60,187 nt of DNA from Candidatus Omnitrophota bacterium (GTDB taxonomy: Bacteria > Omnitrophota > Gorgyraeia > B26-G9), in NCBI GenBank assembly GCA_018813905.1, contig JAHJAO010000005.1, forward strand, positions 1-60,187, in the 5' to 3' direction. A program made the translations under genes and the position numbers. The notes below the pieces were generated by a model that saw only the letters and a list, made by a program, of their open reading frames with translations, was not told the DNA's origin and made no database searches. Shown here piece after piece: positions 54,890 to 60,187 of the stretch. Numbering within the stretch: position 1 is the first letter of the stretch; every line of letters begins with the position of its first letter.

Positions 54890-56020
54890 ATGAAAGTTCT
54901 AATCATATACGCTTCTGCGGGTGACGGGCACCGCAAGGCGACAGAAGCTGTTTACAAGGCATTCTTAAAAAGCGGAACAGAGGCGGCGGAAGTCGAAAAA
55001 ATCGACGCCTTAAATTACACAAATTTTTTTTTTAAGATCGCCTATCCTTCCACATACATCTTTTTAGTCAAGTATTGTCCTTTTCTTTGGGGGTTATTTT
55101 TCCATCTTTTGAACTTAAAGGCAATTGCCGCGCTTGCCAGGGGGCTGCGTTATTGCTTTAATTTTTTAAACGGCAGAAAATTAATCAGGTATGTTCTGGA
55201 TAAAAACCCGGACGTAATAATTTGTGCTCATTTTTTTTCCGCCCAATTAATCGCTTCTTTAAGAATCAAATCAAAGCTTAAGGGTAAAGTTTTATGTGTC
55301 GTAACTGATTTTGGCGTGCATCGGTTTTGGATAAACAAAGGAACGGATTATTACATGGTGGCGTCCGACATCACAAAAAAAGAGCTGGAAACTAAAGGCG
55401 TGCCGCCAGATAAAATCATTGTCAGCGGAATTCCGGTGGAAGAAAAATTTTCTATTCCCCAGTCCCGCACCGCTCTGCGAAACAAATTTGGGCTGGAAGC
55501 TGAACTTTTAACAATTTTGGTGATGAGCGGAGGGTTTGGGGTGGGCCCCTTGAAGCGGATCGTCCATTACTTAAACGCAATGGTTTTGCCTTTGCAGATC
55601 GTTGTGATTTGCGGAAAAAACGAAAAACTTTATCAGTATTTCGCAAAGAGCAGCTTTAAAAAACTTGTTAAAGTTTACGGATATGTCCACAATATGGACG
55701 AATTTATGTCGGCTGCGGATATGATTGTTTCCAAATCCGGAGGATTGACCGTTTCCGAATCATTGGTAAAGGCATTGCCGATGCTGATTATCAGCCCGAT
55801 ACCGGGGCAGGAAGCCAGGAACGCAGAGGTTATGAGCCAGTGTAATGCCGCAATAAAAATTTATCACGCCGTAGATTTAACGAAAACGATTGAACTTTTG
55901 GTAAAAGATAATTGTAGCAGATTAAAAGAAATGAAACAGGCCGCAAAAGTTTTGAGTAAACCAAACGCTGCGAATAAAATATGTCATTGGGTAAAAGAGA
56001 ATTTATTATCCCGCAATTAA
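54890..56020 (+). CDS. MGDG-synthase-like/UgtP-like diacylglycerol glycosyltransferase (GT28)
   Basis: It has MKVLIIYASAGDGHRKA… (MGDG_synth N domain) and a C-terminal GT28 domain (…VSKSGGLTVSESL…PIPGQE..N…). Confidence 0.82.
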   Translation: MKVLIIYASAGDGHRKATEAVYKAFLKSGTEAAEVEKIDALNYTNFFFKIAYPSTYIFLVKYCPFLWGLFFHLLNLKAIAALARGLRYCFNFLNGRKLIRYVLDKNPDVIICAHFFSAQLIASLRIKSKLKGKVLCVVTDFGVHRFWINKGTDYYMVASDITKKELETKGVPPDKIIVSGIPVEEKFSIPQSRTALRNKFGLEAELLTILVMSGGFGVGPLKRIVHYLNAMVLPLQIVVICGKNEKLYQYFAKSSFKKLVKVYGYVHNMDEFMSAADMIVSKSGGLTVSESLVKALPMLIISPIPGQEARNAEVMSQCNAAIKIYHAVDLTKTIELLVKDNCSRLKEMKQAAKVLSKPNAANKICHWVKENLLSRN

Positions 56021-56679
56021 GCGGTGCGGTTTGCCGGACAAGACAAAAACTGGAATTGGAAGAGTGGTTCTCACCCGGCTTTTCCGCCAAGAACAACACT
56101 CAGGACAAATCTTATCAGCTTAGTAAGCTTTACGCAGAAGCTGCGCGTTGCCGCCTCTGTCATATCGCCGACACGAAAACAAAGCTTGTCTTTGGCGAAG
56201 GCAGCGAGGATGCAAAACTGGTTTTTGTCGGTGAGGCGCCGGGCCGGGAAGAAGATTTGACCGGTAAGCCGTTTGTCGGCCCGGCAGGGAAGCTGCTTAC
56301 GCGGATAATCGAGGCGATGGGTTTTAAGCGCTCGGAAGTATATATAACTAATGCGCTGCGTTGCCGTCCTCCGCAAAACCGCAATCCTGACCAGGAAGAA
56401 ATTGCGAATTGCCGATCCGCTTTGGTGGCGCTCCTGAATATTATTCGGCCTCAGGTAATTTGTGCGCTGGGGAAATTTGCGGCCTGGTCCTTAACCGGCC
56501 AACAGAAGCCGATTTCTAAGCTGCGCGGCCATACTTTTAATTTTGGAAATGCGAAAATAATCGCTACTTTTCATCCGGCGTATCTATTGCGTAATCCCCA
56601 AGATAAGAAACTTGTTTGGCAGGACATGCTTAAAATAAAAGATATTTTAAAAAATAATGAATCTTGCGAAATTCATTGA
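55981..56679 (+). CDS. Uracil-DNA glycosylase, family 4
   Basis: It has CRLCHI…KLVFGEGSEDAKLVFVGEAPGREEDLTGKPFVGPAGKLL…NALRCRPP…HPAYLLRNP. The start is uncertain, because ATG 55981 overlaps the upstream gene by 40 nt and TTG 56056 is possible. Confidence 0.88.
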   Translation: MSLGKREFIIPQLSGAVCRTRQKLELEEWFSPGFSAKNNTQDKSYQLSKLYAEAARCRLCHIADTKTKLVFGEGSEDAKLVFVGEAPGREEDLTGKPFVGPAGKLLTRIIEAMGFKRSEVYITNALRCRPPQNRNPDQEEIANCRSALVALLNIIRPQVICALGKFAAWSLTGQQKPISKLRGHTFNFGNAKIIATFHPAYLLRNPQDKKLVWQDMLKIKDILKNNESCEIH

Positions 56680-57553
56680 TGAATTTTTAAATTATTTATC
56701 TTTAGAACGGGGTTTGTCCCCAAATACGATCATGTCTTATCGGCGGGATTTGCATAAATTTTCGGCATTCCTGGATAAATGTAAAGTCGGCAATCCCTTG
56801 GCGATTTGTCGCGACGATATCTTGACATTTATTTATGCGCTGAAGGATAAAAAGCTTGAACCCAGTTCTATTGCCCGGAATATCGTAACGATCAAAGTAT
56901 TTTATCGTTATCTGGCCAGCCAGCAATATATAAAAAGTGACCCGACGGAACTTTTGGAATCGCCTAAATTATGGCAATATCTGCCGGATATATTATCGGT
57001 GGAGGAGGTGGAACGGTTTCTGAATGCCGTGCGGGGAGTAAAAGTAAAAGACGTGCGCGATCGGGCCTGTTTTGAATTGATGTATGCGACGGGGTTAAGG
57101 GTATCGGAACTGGTAAGCTTAAAATTAGTGGATTGTGATTTCCGGCTGGGAATTGTCCGCTGCATCGGCAAAGGGCAGAAAGAACGGATTGTTCCGATGG
57201 GGAAAAAGGCGCAGGAAGCTTTGGACAGGTATATAAAACAAGCCCGGCCGAATCAGCTGAAAAAAGGTAAAGAGTCTAAATGTTTATTTCTTTCCAAAAA
57301 CGGAACCAGCATTTCCCGGCAGATGATTTGGAAACTTGTGAAACATTATGCCTGCATGGCGCATATAAAAAAACAAATATCCCCGCATACATTGCGGCAT
57401 TCATTTGCCACGCATCTTTTAGAAAGAGGAGCGGATTTAAGGATTGTTCAGGAACTTTTGGGCCACAGCAATATATCGACAACGCAAGTGTATACGCACC
57501 TGGATAAAGAGCGGTTAAAATCAATTCATAAAAAATTCCATCCGCGTCCTTGA
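56657..57553 (+). CDS. xerD: Site-specific tyrosine recombinase XerD/XerC
   Basis: It has …FLNYLSLERGLSPNTIMSYRRDL… and the catalytic R (ATGLRVSE), HTLRHSFATHLL and LLGHSNISTTQVYTHL. It is 298 aa. Confidence 0.9.
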   Translation: MNLAKFIDEFLNYLSLERGLSPNTIMSYRRDLHKFSAFLDKCKVGNPLAICRDDILTFIYALKDKKLEPSSIARNIVTIKVFYRYLASQQYIKSDPTELLESPKLWQYLPDILSVEEVERFLNAVRGVKVKDVRDRACFELMYATGLRVSELVSLKLVDCDFRLGIVRCIGKGQKERIVPMGKKAQEALDRYIKQARPNQLKKGKESKCLFLSKNGTSISRQMIWKLVKHYACMAHIKKQISPHTLRHSFATHLLERGADLRIVQELLGHSNISTTQVYTHLDKERLKSIHKKFHPRP

Positions 57554-57578
57554 CATCGGTCCCGTTTTAGAGTTTAAT
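57550..57578 (+). promoter_or_regulatory. Possible sigma70 promoter for the tRNA-Arg and nucleotidyltransferase genes
   Basis: TTGACA (57550-57555, overlapping the xerD stop), a 17 nt spacer, then TTTAAT (57573-57578). Confidence 0.4.
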
Positions 57579-57642
57579 ATCATAAAACTTAACATTGCTT
57601 ATTGATGGTCAGATTATAAAATTTCCGGCGTAAGTTCTTATC

Positions 57643-57717
57643 GCCCCCTTAGCTTAATGGATAAAGCACTGGCCTCCGGAGCTTGTGATGTGAGTTCGAT
57701 TCTCGCAGGGGGCGCCA
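57643..57717 (+). tRNA. tRNA-Arg (anticodon CCG) with a genomically encoded 3' CCA
   Basis: Manual cloverleaf. The acceptor stem is GCCCCCT/AGGGGGC, the D arm is GCTT-AATGGATA-AAGC, and the anticodon arm is CTGGC-CTCCGGA-GCTTG (one T.T mismatch). The variable loop is 4 nt, the T arm is GTGAG-TTCGATT-CTCGC, and the discriminator is G followed by CCA. Confidence 0.88.
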
Positions 57718-57740
57718 ATATCAAATACGATTTGAACGAT

Positions 57741-59087
57741 ATGTCAACCCCAGATTCCAATATAGATGGTGTATTTGCTAAAAATTTGTTTTCAGCAAAA
57801 GATTTTAGCGGGGAACTTAAAAAAACATTGCCCGGAAAAATATATCGCCTTTTAAGAAAAGTCGGACATATTGCTGACGACAATAACGTCCGTGTTTATT
57901 TGGCCGGCGGATTTGTCCGGGATTTAATTTCCGGCGGGCGAAATTTTGATATGGATATTGTTGCCGAAGGCGATGCCATAACCTTTGCCCCGGTTTTGGC
58001 CAGACAACTTAAGGCAACGCTGCAATTGTATCCCCGTTTTAAAACTGCGACTTTAAAATTACAAGATGATTTAAGAATTGACTTAGCCAGCGCCCGCACA
58101 GAATATTATGCACATGCGGGGGCACTGCCGGAGGTTAGATTAAGTTCGTTGCGGGATGATTTATGCCGGAGGGATTTTACCATAAATACGCTGGCGGTGA
58201 GTTTGAACAAAAAATTTTTTGGAAAGTTAGTAGATTTTTTTAACGGCCAGAAAGATATAAAGGACAAAAAAATCAAGGTGCTTCATGATTTAAGTTTCAT
58301 CGAGGACCCAACGCGGATTTTTCGGGCGGTAAGACTGGAGCAGCGTTTGGGCTTTAGAATAGACAAACACACAAAATCCCTGCTTAAGGCAGCAGTTGAT
58401 CTAAAAATGTTTGACCGGCTGTCTAAGGGCCGCATCGCGGATGAATTAAAATTACTTTTAAGCGAGCCGAGTCCGGCCAAAGTCATAAGGCGTATGGAGC
58501 AATTGCACAAACTGAAATTCTTGCATTCCCGGATTAAATATAACCGGCGGATGAAAAATTACCTTGTTTCGGCTCAAAAAATATTGCATTGGCATAAGAC
58601 TAATTTACCGCAGTACCCGATTCAGGGGTGGCTTGTGTATCTGCTTGCGATTACGGATGAATTGAAGTTCCGGGCGGCCGGGGAGTTTTATGCTGGTTTA
58701 GGATTAAAAAGAAGCGAGTGTCGTTGTCTTATGTCCTGCAAACGATACGGCAAAGAGGCTATTGCCAGCCTGCAAAAAGTTAAACTTAGTTGTCCAAGCA
58801 AAATTTATAAGATTTTAAAGCCGTTATCTGAAGAAGCGGTATTGTTTCTTGCGGTCAAATACGGTGAACGGAATTTGAGAGAGTTTTTTATGAAATTTTT
58901 AAAGAAATATGCTAAGATAAAGCTTAGGATTACCGGCGACGATATAAAAAAATTAAATTTAAGACCCGGGCCTGAATTCAGAAATATATTAGAATATATC
59001 CTCTGGGCAAAAATAGACGGACAGGTTAAATCTAAAAAAGACGAATTAGCTTTGGCCGGAAAATATATATCCCGGCTGCGTAATTAA
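57741..59087 (+). CDS. tRNA nucleotidyltransferase/poly(A) polymerase family protein (CCA-adding-type head domain)
   Basis: It has …VYLAGGFVRDLISG…NFDMDIV… (class II NTase motif), …RRDFTINTLA… and …DPTRIFRAVRL…. The start was moved to ATG 57741, because the longer ORF begins inside the tRNA gene. Confidence 0.85.
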   Translation: MSTPDSNIDGVFAKNLFSAKDFSGELKKTLPGKIYRLLRKVGHIADDNNVRVYLAGGFVRDLISGGRNFDMDIVAEGDAITFAPVLARQLKATLQLYPRFKTATLKLQDDLRIDLASARTEYYAHAGALPEVRLSSLRDDLCRRDFTINTLAVSLNKKFFGKLVDFFNGQKDIKDKKIKVLHDLSFIEDPTRIFRAVRLEQRLGFRIDKHTKSLLKAAVDLKMFDRLSKGRIADELKLLLSEPSPAKVIRRMEQLHKLKFLHSRIKYNRRMKNYLVSAQKILHWHKTNLPQYPIQGWLVYLLAITDELKFRAAGEFYAGLGLKRSECRCLMSCKRYGKEAIASLQKVKLSCPSKIYKILKPLSEEAVLFLAVKYGERNLREFFMKFLKKYAKIKLRITGDDIKKLNLRPGPEFRNILEYILWAKIDGQVKSKKDELALAGKYISRLRN

Positions 59088-59127
59088 AAGGCTATCCGGC
59101 CGGCCCCAAGGGGCAGCCCCGGACAGG

Positions 59128-59421
59128 ATGCTATACCCTATGTGCTTAGGCGTGCTTACGGTTTGTCTTTATATCAATGAGAGCAACTCTTTAAAATTCA
59201 AACGGCAGGTTTTGCGGTGCTTAAAAGACAGGATTAAAGCTAATTTTAATGTTTCTGTAAGCGAGATAGCCGAGCACGCGTTATGGCAGCGTTCGTGTTT
59301 AGGAATTGCCTGTATCGGCAAAGATAAGCCCTATGTTAATGGGGTGCTTAGCCGCGTATTTGATCTTATGGACACGTATTCTCGTGCCGAGGTTATCGAC
59401 ACAAAAATGGAGTTATACTAA
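59128..59421 (+). CDS. DUF503 (YlxP-like) protein
   Basis: It is 97 aa with …SLKFKRQVLRCLKDRIKANFNVSVSEI…. It sits directly upstream of rbfA, as in nusA-infB-ylxP-rbfA operons. Confidence 0.8.
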   Translation: MLYPMCLGVLTVCLYINESNSLKFKRQVLRCLKDRIKANFNVSVSEIAEHALWQRSCLGIACIGKDKPYVNGVLSRVFDLMDTYSRAEVIDTKMELY

Positions 59422-59813
59422 TGAGTTTAAGAAGCGAAAAAGTTGCGCAGTGGCTTAAAGAAGAAGTTAGTAAAATTATTCACGACGAGATTAAAGACCC
59501 GCGGATTGGATTTTTGACTATTTCCAAAGTCGAAATCAGCGCTGATTTACGATTTGCTAAAATATATTACAGTATTTTAGGCACAGAAGAGCAGAAAAAA
59601 AATGCCCAACAGGGGTTAAAAAGCGCATACAAATATATCCGCCGGCTGTTGGGGGAACGCTTGAAAATCAAGTTCACTCCCGATATTTGTTTTAAGCTGG
59701 ATAAGTCCTGTGAATATAGTATGCGGATGAATGAGCTGTTTGAGAAAATCAAGCAGGACCGGCTGCAACAAGAAAAGAAAGGCAAAGACCATGATCAGGC
59801 AGCAAATACTTAA
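59421..59813 (+). CDS. rbfA: Ribosome-binding factor A
   Basis: It has …RSEKVAQWLKEEVSKIIHDEIKDPRIGFLTISKVEISADLRFAKIYYS…. Confidence 0.92.
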   Translation: MSLRSEKVAQWLKEEVSKIIHDEIKDPRIGFLTISKVEISADLRFAKIYYSILGTEEQKKNAQQGLKSAYKYIRRLLGERLKIKFTPDICFKLDKSCEYSMRMNELFEKIKQDRLQQEKKGKDHDQAANT

Positions 59814-60187
59814 AATTATCGCTTCCCATAACAGATTTCTCATCGCCGGGCATATTCATCCCGAAGGAGATTCTATCGGGAGTCAACTGGCCTTGGCTAA
59901 CTTACTTGGGAAAATGGGAAAATCCGTACGGATTATAAATGCGGATAATGTGCCTAAAAATCTAAAATTTTTGCCGGGGCAGGGAAGGATTGAGACGGGC
60001 TTGGATTTTCGCAAAGAGCAGATAGAATTTGATGCCGCGATTGTGCTTGATTCGCCGGTGCTGGAGAGGATTGGAAAGGTAAGAGAACTTATTAAGAACG
60101 CATATATAATAAATATAGACCATCACGTCAGCAATGAGCGGTTTGGCCATATCAACTGGACGGATCATAAAGCGTCCGCGGCCGGCG
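59791..60187 (+). CDS. nrnA: DHH-family phosphoesterase (NrnA-like oligoribonuclease/pAp phosphatase), 3'-truncated by the window edge
   Basis: It is absent from the supplied ORF track because there is no stop codon in the window. My own translation from ATG 59791 is MIRQQILKIIASHNRFLIAGHIHPEGDSIGSQLALANLL…AIVLDSP…IINIDHHVSNE…, which contains the DHH motifs I-III. Confidence 0.8.
   Translation, partial: MIRQQILKIIASHNRFLIAGHIHPEGDSIGSQLALANLLGKMGKSVRIINADNVPKNLKFLPGQGRIETGLDFRKEQIEFDAAIVLDSPVLERIGKVRELIKNAYIINIDHHVSNERFGHINWTDHKASAAG

Noticed and set aside
56657-57717. A tyrosine recombinase next to a tRNA gene, considered as the edge of an integrative element or genomic island.
   Set aside because: The recombinase has the length, N-terminal SAM-like domain and motif set of housekeeping XerD/XerC. 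No direct repeat of the tRNA 3' end, phage gene, cargo gene or compositional break was seen on either side. The flanking genes are core functions.

Overview
A 60 kb chromosomal window from a diderm bacterium (secretin, SecDF and YajC are present). I cannot assign the lineage from sequence alone. It is very gene dense. About 62 CDS are supported, and all but one (DUF2148, 32599-33153) are on the + strand. Many are joined by ATGA/TTGA-type overlaps. I saw no rRNA, CRISPR array, transposase, phage gene or recognisable defence gene. Layout: (i) 1-15.9 kb is a type IV pilus (T4P) locus. It runs pilC (5'-truncated); a sigma70 promoter, c-di-GMP-I (GEMM-I) riboswitch and terminator; two minor pseudopilins, a 965-aa PilX-N-type giant protein and a 197-aa anchored protein; a pilS-like kinase and pilR; tandem palindromes plus a perfect sigma54 -24/-12 promoter; pilA; a GAF-GGDEF diguanylate cyclase; then a pilM-pilN fusion, pilO, a pilP-like gene and pilQ. 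(ii) 15.9-28.6 kb holds nusA (with a leader attenuator), infB, trpS, scpAB, pheA-hisC-DAHP synthase-tyrA, a cmk-plsC fusion and rpsA. (iii) 28.7-33.2 kb holds a small membrane protein, a solute:sodium-symporter-domain histidine kinase, a CheY-like regulator and the convergent DUF2148 gene. (iv) 33.2-49.4 kb holds tyrS, recG, an SNF transporter, a divergent EF-G paralog, an orphan pseudopilin, yebC-ruvCAB, queH-DUF2905-queA-tgt and yajC-secDF. (v) 49.5-54.9 kb holds trkA-trkA-trkH, translationally chained to a lipoprotein, an orphan rnfE-rnfA pair and DUF502. (vi) 54.9-60.2 kb holds an MGDG-synthase-like glycosyltransferase, a family-4 UDG, xerD, tRNA-Arg(CCG), a CCA/poly(A) polymerase-family enzyme, DUF503-rbfA and nrnA (3'-truncated, absent from the ORF track). 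The most interesting items are a self-contained c-di-GMP circuit inside the pilus locus (a cyclase gene plus a riboswitch gating the minor-pilin/giant-protein operon), the uncharacterised 965-aa pilus-associated protein, and the orphan RnfE/RnfA pair embedded in a K+ uptake operon. Every protein call rests on motif recognition by eye. No database search was possible.
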